Positions 37,890 to 48,150 of a stretch of 64,000 bases of DNA are shown here, piece by piece (position 1 is the stretch's first letter; every line of letters begins with the position of its first letter). The notes below the pieces were generated by a model. That model ran no database searches. It was not told where the DNA came from and worked only from the letters and a program-made list of their open reading frames with translations. Position numbers and translations under genes: made by a program. The DNA is taken from contig CAWDNC010000009.1 in NCBI GenBank assembly GCA_963803535.1, forward strand, positions 140,571-204,570. The letters run 5' to 3'. The DNA comes from an uncultured cyanobacterium. Its GTDB lineage: Bacteria > Cyanobacteriota > Cyanobacteriia > Phormidesmidales > Phormidesmidaceae.

Positions 37890-40427
37890 ATGGACGCTGC
37901 CGCGCGCGCAAATTGGCTACAGACCCACACGATTTTTCGCGATTTGCCTAATGACTTGGTGAACGCGATCGCCCCTTGCCTCACCACCGTTCCCTTCGCC
38001 GCCAACCGCCGCCTCATTCTCGAAGACACCGAGCCCGACGCCCTCTACATTCTCAAATCTGGACGATTAGAAAGCTACCGAACCCGCAAAAATAGCGCCG
38101 CGCAGGTCACTGAGCTAGAGCCTGGTTACGTTTTACACTTGCGATCGCTCCTCCTCAACGAACCCACCAGCCAAACGCTGGTCTCCCTCACAGACTGCAC
38201 CCTCTGGCGATTAGACAAAGGCAGATTTCAAGAACTTGCTGAAGAATTCTCAGAACTTAGCCAAGAACTCTCTCGCCTGCTCGCTAACGAACTTGAAGAA
38301 GTCTCCAAACAGCTCGCCCAAGAACAAGAGCGTCAGCTTGCACTTAGGCCTTACTTAGTGGCTCGGGTGAAGCGTGGCGTGGTCGGCGGCAGTCGGTACG
38401 CAATTCGGCTCAGAAAAGATATTCGTGAGGCGACAAAAGCCGAGCCCAAAAGTAGCAGGCGCGCGCCTATTCTCATATCAGGCGAACCTGGACTGGGTAA
38501 AGACAACCTCGCAGCGCTGATTCACTTTGGCTCCAGCAACAAAGCTAAGCCAATGATTCAGGTGAACTGCGAGCGGCTGAGAGCCCAAGATCTGTTTGGC
38601 AAAGGAGATCAGCCTGGATTGTTGGACTGGCTCGCTGATGGCACGCTGCTGTTGAACAATGTGCAAGATTTAGACGAGGCGCTGAAAAAGCCGATTGTAC
38701 AGCTGATAGAAACCGGGCAATATCAGCCGGTTTCTCGTGAAGGTGACGCGCCGTTGCCTCTGAGAACATCGCGAGCCTGGGTTTTGATGGTGGCTGAAAA
38801 TGCGGTGCCTGATATTAGGCGATGCGATCGCATCAAGCAAATCAAAGTACCGCCTCTGCGCGTGAGAAAAGCGGACATAGAAACGCAGGTAAATCTACTT
38901 TGCACAGCTGCTGTGTCGTGAGCAGGGACTGTGCAAAAAGAAGCTGGAGACCGAAGCGCTGCGGCGACTGCAAAGCTATGACTTTCCCGGTAACATTACT
39001 GAATTAGAAAATATGGTGGAGCGGGCGGTGGGTCAGTCGGGCGATCGCACTACCCTCACCGAAGATGTTTTCTGGGCCGCTGAAAAACAAAGCCGTCGCT
39101 TTCGCTTCAATCTCCTTCAGGGCTATCCCAAGCTCAAAAAGTTTCTCCTCAGCCCGTGGTGGCCCGATCAGGATCAACTACGGCTTCACGCTCTGGTTCT
39201 ACCCGATCGTTGTTGCCATTTTGATGTGGGGGCCACAAACGCGCGATCAAAACTTCGCCCTAAACTTCTTCTGGGCCTGGTGGTGGCCGCTCATTCTCCT
39301 CAGCTTTCCGTTTGTCGGCAGGCTGTGGTGCGCCGTTTGCCCCTTTATGATCTACGGCGAAGTCGCGCAGTTTCTCTCACTCAAAATATGGCCCAGAAAG
39401 CTACGAGGCTGGCCCCGCGCGTGGGCCGAACGCTGGGGCGGCTGGATTTTATACGGCGGCTTCGCGCTCATTCTGTTGTGGGAAGAGCTGTGGAATTTAG
39501 AAAATACCGCCTATCTCTCCGGCTGGCTACTGCTGATTATTACCGCTGGAGCCGTGATTTGTTCTGTTCTGTTTGAAAGAAGATTCTGGTGCCGCTATCT
39601 CTGTCCTATTGGCGGCATGAACGGCCTGTTTGCCAAGCTTTCTATGGTAGAGCTGCGGGCACAGCAAGGCATCTGTTCGGCTAGCTGCAACACCTACCAC
39701 TGCTACAAAGGCGGGCCTGCTGAAGGCGTTGGCCAAGCGACAAATGGCTGTCCTATTTACTCACATCCCGCGCAGCTTACGGACAATCGCAACTGCGTGC
39801 TGTGTATGACCTGTGCCAAGGCCTGCCCCCATCAGTCAGTAGAGCTAAACCTGCGCCCGCCGGGAATAGAGCTGTGGACGACGCACAAAGGAACCAGCTA
39901 TGAAGTGGCTCTGTTGTTGTTGCTGTTGGGCGCGGTGTTTTTGCATCGACTGCCGCAGTTGACAACTTTGGTATTGGGAGATGCGAGCGTGTTAGATGGA
40001 TTTTGGGGACATGCGATCGCCTCAATCATTGCTTTGTTTTTACCGAGTGCGATCGCCCTTTTTGCCGATCAGCTACGGCTTCAAATCCAAGGCACAGGCG
40101 CTAAACGCACCTTCATAGAGCTTGCCTACGGTTACCTCCCCCTTCTACTATTTGCCAGCCTCGCCCACTACCTACTGCTTAGGTCTCACCGAAGCCGGAC
40201 AGATCATCCCCGTGATGGAAACCACACTAGGCCTTTCCATTACGGATATTAGTTTCGTCGCGCATCCTGCCGTGATCGCATTCTTACAGGGCACAGCGTT
40301 ATTACTGGGCACGCTACTCAGCATCGTACTTACTCAAAAAATTGCTCGTCAACCTTGGCCAAAGCTAATGCCACAGCACAGCCTCACACTAGGCTTAACG
40401 GTCGCGCTTTGGCAGCTCATCGTTTGA
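37890..40427 (+). CDS. cNMP-binding + degenerate sigma54-activator-like AAA+ + membrane polyferredoxin (4Fe-4S) protein; three apparent +1 frameshifts (about 38896, 39169, 40181)
   Basis: cNMP-binding N-terminus, GEPGLGKD, YDFPGNITELENMVERAV, CAVCP, WCRYLCPIG, C..C..C.KACP; each junction is repaired by deleting one base. Confidence 0.82.
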
Positions 40428-40446
40428 GCATCAAAAAACAATTTAT

Positions 40447-40668
40447 TTATTTCGTCACCTCAAAAGACTCAACCTCTAGCACTGGCCCAATCATCGCCAT
40501 CGTCATCACGTCTTCGCGAATCGTGCCAGTAATTGACACCTTTTGCCCTTCAGTATCCAATGCTTCAGCTTTCGACCCGTACAGCTCATAGGTTTGCCCA
40601 TCATCACCAGAGAGCGCCCAGGTGCCGGTGCCCATCTCTACCCAAGTAATCGTGCCGGTAATTGTCAT
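40447..40668 (-). CDS. Small conserved hypothetical protein (OB-fold-like)
   Basis: MTITGTITWVEMGTGTWAL..DDGQTYEL...V.ITG.IREDVMTMAMIGPVLEV. Confidence 0.75.
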   Translation of the reverse strand: MTITGTITWVEMGTGTWALSGDDGQTYELYGSKAEALDTEGQKVSITGTIREDVMTMAMIGPVLEVESFEVTK

Positions 40669-40778
40669 CGCCTCAGCCCCTCACAACATTTTCGATATTT
40701 TCGATCATTAAACCAAAAATCGGCTGCAACACTCCCCCGCAATTAGAGAGGTTGCAGCCGATCTATCTTGTACACCGC

Positions 40779-42555
40779 CTAAGCAGACTCAGTAATCGTT
40801 TTGAGCCCAAGATACGCAATCAACAAGCTCAAAGCAGCATTCACGGCTAAAAATAGCTGTGCCCCGACTCCCGACCCAATCCAAACCAGGTGAGGATACA
40901 AAAATACGCTCACGCCAAGGGTCGCGGCCACACCGACGCTCGCCCCTATCGTGATCCAGCCCAAACGGGGATGACTCAGCAAAAGCGCCAGCATCACAAA
41001 AGGAATCTAGCGCGCTAGCCGTCAGTGGATGCAGCTTAGCAGAGTGAAAGACAACATTGCCCAGCTCAGGAAGAGAGCTACCTACTAAACGTAAAGGCCA
41101 GTGAGGCAGGTCGAATAGGTGCAGCGGTGGAATCAAGAAGAGGCCGACGCTGCCAAGAACCGCGCCCAGCCAGTAATCTGCGTTCCAGTTGTAATGATCA
41201 GCGGCCTTACTCACGGCCCAGGTTAGCGCCATCGTCACGCTCCAAAGAATGACGATCTTTTTCCACTGAATGGCGCCCCAGTTATACCAGATACGGCTGT
41301 TGAGTGGATTGGTTGCACTGCTCACAAAAGAGAAGGGTAGCTTGCCTTTGCGAGCCAGATTCACAGCGGCGGCCGCGTCTAATCGGCCGGAGCCAAAAAA
41401 GTTACGCTCATCACCCGGCACTGACAAAGATGACTTCTGCAAAATAGCCCACACCCGCTCAGGCTCTTTTACGCCCAACGCCTTTACCGCCGCTGCAACC
41501 CCTGCCACGTGAGGCGCAGCCATGCTAGTCCCCTGAAAATACTTAAAGGCCGATCCCTTTTGACGATCCACCGTTTCTTGCAAAATGCCGCCTGCTTCAC
41601 CCTCGCGAGTATTGCCACCGGGCGCAGAGATATCAACGCCAGCCCCATAGTTTGAATAGGGCGCTTTTGCATTCTTCGCATCGGTCGCAGAAACGCCCAT
41701 GACGTGAGCGTATCTAGCGGGGTACGAGGCTGCATTTTGTCCGGCGTTACCCGCGGCTGCAATGATGAAAACGCCTTTGTTATAGGCATAGTCAATCGCG
41801 TCCTGCATAAGCTGAGACTTGCCGCCGCCGCCCAGGCTCATATTGATCACATCTGCGCCATTGTCAGCGGCAAAGCGAATGGCCTCAGCAATGTCAGCCG
41901 TGGTGCCGCCACCCTGAGCGCTGAGCACCTTAAGCGGCATAATTTTTGCTTCGTAAGCAATACCGGCTACGCCATAGCGGTTATTTGTAGACTGGGCGAT
42001 GGTGCCTGCCACGTGGGTGCCGTGGCCGTTGTCATCGTCGGCTTTTTCGCGGTCGTTTACAAAGTCGTAGCCGGGGACAAACTGCGTGTTGCTTAAGTCT
42101 TTTACCTGGGTGACGCCTGTGTCAATCACCGCCACGGTTACGCCTTTTCCCCTGCTTACCTTCCAGGCATCTTGTGCATTGATGTTTGTGAGGTTCCACT
42201 GCTTGGCAAAGTCAGGATCGTTAGGGCCACCAAAAAAAGTGCTGTAGATGTAGTTAGGCTCTACAAATTCTAGAAATTCGGATAGATCTGACTGACGAAA
42301 GCGGTCGATGGTAGCGCGATCGCCCTTCGCCACATATACATGATCCTCCGTCGAAAACTTGCTGTTCGGCGTCAGCGCTAGCCCAAACTTTTGCGCCGCG
42401 TTTTCTACCTGCGCCACGGCTGCCGGATTGTCTCTAAAGTCCAGAACAATCGAATCAAATTCGCCCGTTCGAGCAAGACTCCCGCTAAACTTAAAAATGC
42501 CGACTATCCCGGCAATGACAAGCCCTAAAAAGAACAGGGGTATAAGACGCCGCAT
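40779..42555 (-). CDS. Subtilisin-like S8 serine peptidase with C-terminal TM segments; apparent frameshift near 41008
   Basis: Catalytic triad motifs VAVIDTG, HGTHVAG, GTSMAAPHVAG; one-base removal gives ASALIPFVMLALL, joining ORF 40779-40997. Confidence 0.9.
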
Positions 42556-42665
42556 AAGGTCTCCGAAAGGTAAATTAGATAAGGGAAAGGGCACAGGCCA
42601 CCTTTTATTAGAGTAGCCACTATGCTTATTCAGTAACAAATGTTGGATTTACGGACGGTACTGGC

Positions 42666-43112
42666 ATGAAACAACAAAACTTATTAAGACAGGCACAGGT
42701 CGCAGGACTTGCTTTTCTATTAACAAGCAGCGTTGTGCTCTCTAGCTGCGCGGGGCCAGCCAAAGCACCCGTTGCTGATCCAAATCCAACGGAGCCTACT
42801 GATGTTTCTGTCCCTGTCGAAGCGCCACCCGTCGGCAACACAGCGCTACCCACTTCTGTAGAAACCAGTGTTCTTCAAGACATTGCCAGCACGTCTAATG
42901 TTCCAGCTGAGTCGATACAGGTGATTTCATATCGGCCTGAGGCTTGGCCAGATGGCTGCTTAGGATTAGGTGGCCCTGACGAGATCTGTACTTTTGCAAT
43001 CGTTGACGGCTGGGAAGTCACCGCCAGCAGTGGAGAAGAGCAGTGGGTGTATCGGACTGATTTAGATGGCTCGGTGGTGAGATCTACCGGTAGTGCAGAA
43101 ATCGCAGAATAA
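42666..43112 (+). CDS. Hypothetical lipoprotein
   Basis: Lipobox VLSSC; WPDGCLGL...CT.A.V.GW; YRTD.DG. Confidence 0.75.
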   Translation: MKQQNLLRQAQVAGLAFLLTSSVVLSSCAGPAKAPVADPNPTEPTDVSVPVEAPPVGNTALPTSVETSVLQDIASTSNVPAESIQVISYRPEAWPDGCLGLGGPDEICTFAIVDGWEVTASSGEEQWVYRTDLDGSVVRSTGSAEIAE

Positions 43113-43136
43113 ACAGTTTATGGAGAACTAAAAACG

Positions 43137-44228
43137 TTGAGTAGCCACCACACAGATATTAGGGATATCAGGACAGATATCAGAAGTAAAATCTATAAAT
43201 TGACGATAGGTGCGATCGCCCTTGTCACAGCTAATCTTATTAACCCAGTCATCAGGCCCGCTGATGCTGCCGACTATCAAAGCACTACCACTCTCTCTCA
43301 GCGCGATTCTCTACCGGTAGATACAGGCGCTGAAAACACCGTCAAGCTGGATCAGCCAGAGCAAGTTATCATCCCAGGCACCAGCGTTTCACTATCACCG
43401 CCACCAGGCTTTACACTCTCAGAACGGTTTTCAGGCTTTGTCAGTGAAGCAAACCTATCCAGCATTGTACTCACCGAACTACCTCTAGAAGCCTATTCAG
43501 AATTGGCAGAGGCGCTATCGTCTACACCTGAAGAGATTACTGAACTCTTTGCAAGTCAGGGCATTGTGCTAGACGTAGAAAACGTTTCTAGTATTTCAGT
43601 AGAAGGCACTCAAGCCCCCTTCGTAGAGGGCACTCAGACAATTTCGGGTATGCAGGTCAAAAAATATTTTGCGCTGCTAGGGGAAGAAAGTACCGTTCTA
43701 CTAACGTTCAATGTATTAGATGAAAATCAGCTTAGCGAGCAGAGCGTCATCGACACCGTTCAATCTGTCGAGACTAGGCCCGTGCTCTCTATTCAACAGA
43801 AAGTTGCTGAACTCCCTTTTACGTTTGCGATCGCTGACCCCTTCAAAGTGTTCGATGTTCTCCTAGGTTCAAGTGTCGTGCTGAGTTCCAACCATGGGTC
43901 AGTGGCTTCTGACGACGATTCACTCATTATTATCGCTAGCTCAATTAGCCCTGTACAAACGACTGACATAGCCGAGTATTCTACCTATCTACTCAACAGC
44001 ACAGCCGGTTTTGAGGCGGCAGTTGTGACTGAACAATCGCCCATAGAGTTTGCCGGGAGCGACGGCTATTTTGTATCAGCTGAGCTGCAAGACAATGTTG
44101 TTATTCAATACTTAGCGGTACAGCCTAACAACTTCTACATAAGAATGATTGTCATCGCAGCAGCAGCAGAGATAGACCAGCTCTTACCTGTCGTTCAGGA
44201 AATTCAAGAATCGGTTGCGGCAAGGTAG
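43137..44228 (+). CDS. Hypothetical exported protein
   Basis: Long ORF with a signal-like segment (IGAIALVTANLI...ADA); start uncertain. Confidence 0.65.
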   Translation: MSSHHTDIRDIRTDIRSKIYKLTIGAIALVTANLINPVIRPADAADYQSTTTLSQRDSLPVDTGAENTVKLDQPEQVIIPGTSVSLSPPPGFTLSERFSGFVSEANLSSIVLTELPLEAYSELAEALSSTPEEITELFASQGIVLDVENVSSISVEGTQAPFVEGTQTISGMQVKKYFALLGEESTVLLTFNVLDENQLSEQSVIDTVQSVETRPVLSIQQKVAELPFTFAIADPFKVFDVLLGSSVVLSSNHGSVASDDDSLIIIASSISPVQTTDIAEYSTYLLNSTAGFEAAVVTEQSPIEFAGSDGYFVSAELQDNVVIQYLAVQPNNFYIRMIVIAAAAEIDQLLPVVQEIQESVAAR

Positions 44229-44356
44229 CTTGTTCAAACGTACTTGAAAAACAGCGATTAGTAGCCTGTGTTACGAGCTGGGAGAAAAAGATAGAAATTT
44301 ACGTCTAATCGAGAGTAACCTTCTCTTAAGCTTCTGTTACAGGAAGTAGATTTTTC

Positions 44357-45140
44357 ATGGCCTAATACTCAGTCAGGCACCAACACCGGTACTGGCGGCA
44401 GTGACAGCTTTTCAAATATTATTGAGGAACAAAATGCACCGGCTGATCGCCTCAGCGTGGCGGCTTTTGAGTCAACCGATTTTAGAACATTCGGCGGTAA
44501 CGATAGCGTTGAAGGGCTCGCCAGCGTTAGCTCCTGGCTCAGCGCCGAAGGCACCACTGGCATTGGCATCGTAGACTCTGTTGTTGATGTAGGCACAGAT
44601 AATGACAGCGTAACGTTCACAGGCTCAGGGAACGGCGTTCAGTTTGGCAAAGGCTTCGGGCTACTGCGGACTACGGTGCAGGGCCGAGCCGGAGATGACA
44701 CGCTAGAGATTGTCGCAGATAGCTCGGCGATCAACGCGGCTTCTACTGCCGTCAACGAGTCTGAAGTGTTTGGTGGGGCAGGTGATGACATCGTTAACGT
44801 GAGCGCTTCTGCTTCGGGCTTTAGGTCGGCCTCTAGCATAGGGCTTGATAACAACTCGACGCTCTTTGGTGGTGAAGGAAACGACGCTATCACGATTTCA
44901 GCGACCAACTCAGCAGCACCGACTGCGTTTGACGTGCAGTCTATCGGCATCAGAAATTCTGCGGTTAATGGTGGACAAGGCAGCGATACGATTGTTATCT
45001 CAGCAGCCGATCGCGTACAGAATTCTTCGATTAGCACAGGCGCTGAAAACGCTCAGATTAGAGGCGGCGAGGGTGACGACACCATTGAAGTCTCTTCTAG
45101 AGCTGGCGGCGGGTTTGCGCCTGGTACGTCAACCGGGCAT
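44357..45140 (+). pseudogene. RTX-like glycine/aspartate-rich repeat protein, truncated at the 3' end by a transposase remnant
   Basis: GGAGDDIVNVSA, GGEGNDAITISA, GGQGSDTIVISA, GGEGDDTIEVSS repeats; removing one G after the ATG at 44357 opens MPNTQSGTNTG...; the repeat pattern stops near 45140. Confidence 0.65.
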
Positions 45141-45345
45141 GGCGATAGCCATTGGCTGCCTGCTGCGGTCTCCCAAAAGCTCGATTCTGGGTATTGATTG
45201 CGGCGCTTTATGGCCTGCCGGTGTCGATGCACACTGCTTTTACTAATACCGGTCGTTACGGCGATCTTTCTGAGTGTCTCTCGTACATTTGCGTCGACAC
45301 AAGCGGCAACTTTCTGGCTCCGTGCTCTTATACTGATGATCATCG
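45140..45345 (-). mobile_element. N-terminal fragment of a cyanobacterial transposase-like (DUF6399-type) gene
   Basis: SIRARSQKVA...LRKIAVTTGISKSSVHRHRQAIKRRNQYPESSFWETAAGSQWL (HTH-containing N-terminus), then loss of similarity; no catalytic domain or clear terminal repeats. Confidence 0.6.
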
Positions 45346-45489
45346 TGCCCTTGTTTTAACTTGTTAGGGTGACGATACATGGCTCTGGGCTTTGCCGCAG
45401 AGCTTTTTTAATGTGCTTATTGATACAGCTTTGTCAGCACCTTCTGTCCCGCTTTAAGTTGCTACCCCTAAGGGGTTGAACACAAATGG

Positions 45490-46650
45490 TTAGATAATGC
45501 TGAACTGAGCGGATGGCAGTGTGGTTATATCTGCATTGGCCAGGGCTATAGTCGCATCGCTATCAAAGACATCATCGCTGCTAAACAAAGCAGAAGCGTC
45601 CGAACCTAAGCTGTTCTCGTAAGCATAGGTCACAATAAAATCGAGCTTTCCATCGCCATCGTTATCGCGTGTCTCGCTGATGAAACTGCCAGCGGCGTCG
45701 TAAGCGAACCTAGTGATGCCATCAGGCGTACCATCGGCATTGCGATCAACAAAGACGCCAGTAATTTGGTCAGCTTCGTTGTAGGTATAGGTTGTCAAGC
45801 TATCAGGCGTACCGTCTGCATTGCTGTCGATAGATTCGCCGGTAAAATTGCCGTTGCTATCGTAAGTATAGGCAGTAGCGTAGTCTAAGATGCCGTCTGC
45901 ATTGTCGTCTGTGGTTGTCCCAATGATGCTTCCGTCTGCATTGTACGTATAGGTATAGATGGTTTCAATTTTTCCATCTGCGTCGCTGTCTACCGAGAGA
46001 GTTCTGGTAAGGCTCTCAGCGGCGTCATAGATATACTCGGACGCTGCGAGGTAATTAGGCACGCCGTCTTGGTCATAGTCTATAGACAAGCTGGTTTCAA
46101 GGCCAGATGCGTTGTAGGCATATGTGCTGAGAGTCGATACTTCGGGTGTACCATCTCTATTAAAATCAAAAGTATTAAATAGGGTGTTGAGGCTGCCAGC
46201 AGAGTCGTAGGTGTAGGTCGTTGTCTGAGTGGGTATACCTCCAGAGAAGCCTGTTGAGTAAGCGGCAACCTTTCCGGCTTCGTTGTAGGTTAGCAAGTAG
46301 ATGGGTTGGTCGGATATACCGTCACTGTTGGTATCGACAGATTGACCCGTTACGTTGCCTGACTCATCGTAAGTGTAAAGTATTGTGATACCGCCAGATT
46401 GATTTTGAGCGATTAGATTGCCGACTTCATCATAGGTATAAGTAATACTAAAACTAAAGCCAGGAACGTCTCCACCGGAGAAGGCTGCATTCTGGAAGGT
46501 AACTCTGTCCGCTGTATCGTAGGCGTAAGTTACTACAATGTTATCGATTCCATTTCCATCTGTATCTACGTTGGCTTGCTTTAAGAGAGGCTTTGAAACG
46601 ACGGATGTGCTAGGGATCAAGGCAGTAGACGTAGCTGTTGAAGCTGACAT
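45490..46650 (-). CDS. YD-like repeat protein with DxDxDG calcium-binding-like loops
   Basis: Repeats of D.N/D.DG..D....Y.Y[DN]..G (e.g. DSNADGTPDSLTTYTYNEAD). Confidence 0.75.
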   Translation of the reverse strand: MSASTATSTALIPSTSVVSKPLLKQANVDTDGNGIDNIVVTYAYDTADRVTFQNAAFSGGDVPGFSFSITYTYDEVGNLIAQNQSGGITILYTYDESGNVTGQSVDTNSDGISDQPIYLLTYNEAGKVAAYSTGFSGGIPTQTTTYTYDSAGSLNTLFNTFDFNRDGTPEVSTLSTYAYNASGLETSLSIDYDQDGVPNYLAASEYIYDAAESLTRTLSVDSDADGKIETIYTYTYNADGSIIGTTTDDNADGILDYATAYTYDSNGNFTGESIDSNADGTPDSLTTYTYNEADQITGVFVDRNADGTPDGITRFAYDAAGSFISETRDNDGDGKLDFIVTYAYENSLGSDASALFSSDDVFDSDATIALANADITTLPSAQFSII

Positions 46651-47077
46651 GGGTGTCTCCGTTGAGAGGGGTGTCTCAAAGTAGGGTTAGGTTAAAATCT
46701 CAGAGCGTTTGTTTCTCAAAATCGGGCGCAAGCAAAACACGGTCAAGCATAAATTTACCGCTGTTTAATTTGGGTAAATCTGCTGAGAAGCCAATATTGT
46801 TGATAAATTCATCGTTCCTTGATATTCTGCCTGGCTGAATCATCCGGAAGTCTTTAAAGGGCCACTCTGGTGTAGATGAGATGGTAGTGTGCATTGGGTG
46901 TAATTAAAAGTGAAAGTCAGGATGCTAAGACCCTTGAAAACTCGTTCATAAGCAGCACGTATTTGCTAGCCTTTGAGGAGGTGTTTTAGAAAAAATTTCA
47001 CTTTTAATTGCACCCTGAGCTAGGAGAAGGTTCAGGTGTAGATGGCATAGCGATCGCACCTGTATAAAATGACGAGA

Positions 47078-47299
47078 TTAGTAGAGCGGGTCATCAAACA
47101 GCGGAAGTTTCTCTGTAAGAACATTCAAGTACGCTTCATTTTCACGGTTCAATCTAGCATCGTAAATACCGGCACTGCGGAAGACTCGCGTTGAGGTACG
47201 ACCTACAAAAATCTTAGCAGGCTCTAGCATGGTGCCGAAAGGGAGAAGTAAAGGAGCCATCGCAAAAATTCGTCTAAACGAGAAATTCCGAAAGTTCAT
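47078..47299 (-). CDS. Possible small hypothetical protein
   Basis: 73-aa ORF in an otherwise empty region; perfect 18-bp palindrome AAAGGGCGATCGCCCTTT at 47321-47338 just upstream. Confidence 0.35.
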   Translation of the reverse strand: MNFRNFSFRRIFAMAPLLLPFGTMLEPAKIFVGRTSTRVFRSAGIYDARLNRENEAYLNVLTEKLPLFDDPLY

Positions 47300-47416
47300 A
47301 GCGATACCTTAATAGAGAAAAAAGGGCGATCGCCCTTTATCGCGACGATCGCCCTAGTGTGATAGATGTGAGGTTCGTAATACTTCAGTTGAAATTCAGC
47401 AAAAAAGAATGGCTGG

Positions 47417-47599
47417 CTAGGATTTTGACATCTTCGCAACGGGTTGCAAATAGTGAGATTTTTTAGAGGGATGATAGACTTCACCGCTGTAGGGCTGGAC
47501 GCCTGCAAGCGGATAGGAGTCGTGGTTAGGACTAAAGATCTCTAATGAGCCTTCAGCGATGTATCCAAGAGCGCTGGTGAATCCTGTGAAAAGTTTCAT
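47417..47599 (-). CDS. 60-aa small protein, copy 1 (FSPNHDSYP..G.QPYSGE motif)
   Basis: 44/60 identical to 58996-59178, mostly conservative substitutions; SD-like AGAGG upstream. Confidence 0.85.
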   Translation of the reverse strand: MKLFTGFTSALGYIAEGSLEIFSPNHDSYPLAGVQPYSGEVYHPSKKSHYLQPVAKMSKS

Positions 47600-47733
47600 A
47601 ACAAGTGGCCTCTTTTGAAGATGCTATGACTATATCCAGAGCATGTGTCAGGAATATGACCAACATTATTCAAAGCTGTGACAGTTGCCTCTATGGCCGT
47701 TTTTAATGCGGTATTTTAGGGAGGATATGTTGA
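47600..47733 (-). promoter_or_regulatory. Conserved upstream region of small gene copy 1
   Basis: The reverse complement shares TAAAATACCGCATTA, CTG[TA]CACAGCTTT, GGTCATATTCCTGACACATGC and CATCTTCAAAAGAGGCCACTTGTTATGAAACTT with 58861-59004. Confidence 0.8.
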
Positions 47734-48150
47734 GACCAGATGCCTTTGAGTCTTCGCTGTGAAAATTGTAGTTTTTATTAGAGAAAGCTTAGGAGAGAGG
47801 TGTTTGTGTGTTTCATAAGGAAGATGCGTATCCCTGAAATTGCAGCGGGTAGCTCTTTCTATACCACTGATCCAAAAATGATCTAAAAACTCAAAGAAGT
47901 TGACCTGCTTTACAAAAAGAACTCTCTGGCGATCGCACGCGCTAAACTTTCGCTTCTACTTGAGCTGTCTCAGTAGCACCAAGCACCAAAGCAGCCAGCG
48001 AGGTAATCGGTGTTCCATCTCGGCGCTCTCCTACGAACCTGTTGTTTGTAATAGACCGATCACATCGTATCAGCCATGCCTGTTGTTTTACATAGCCCTG
48101 TGGTGTCATTAGCCACAAGGTAATTGCGGCGCAAAAACCGTGGGCTAGAA

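Noticed and set aside
45365-45385. GGGTGACGA after the IS fragment matching 45071 as a target-site duplication
   Set aside because: The two copies do not flank the fragment symmetrically, and a 9-bp match can arise by chance.
46700-46894. 64-aa ORF upstream of the YD-repeat gene
   Set aside because: No family resemblance or supporting signals; left uncalled.
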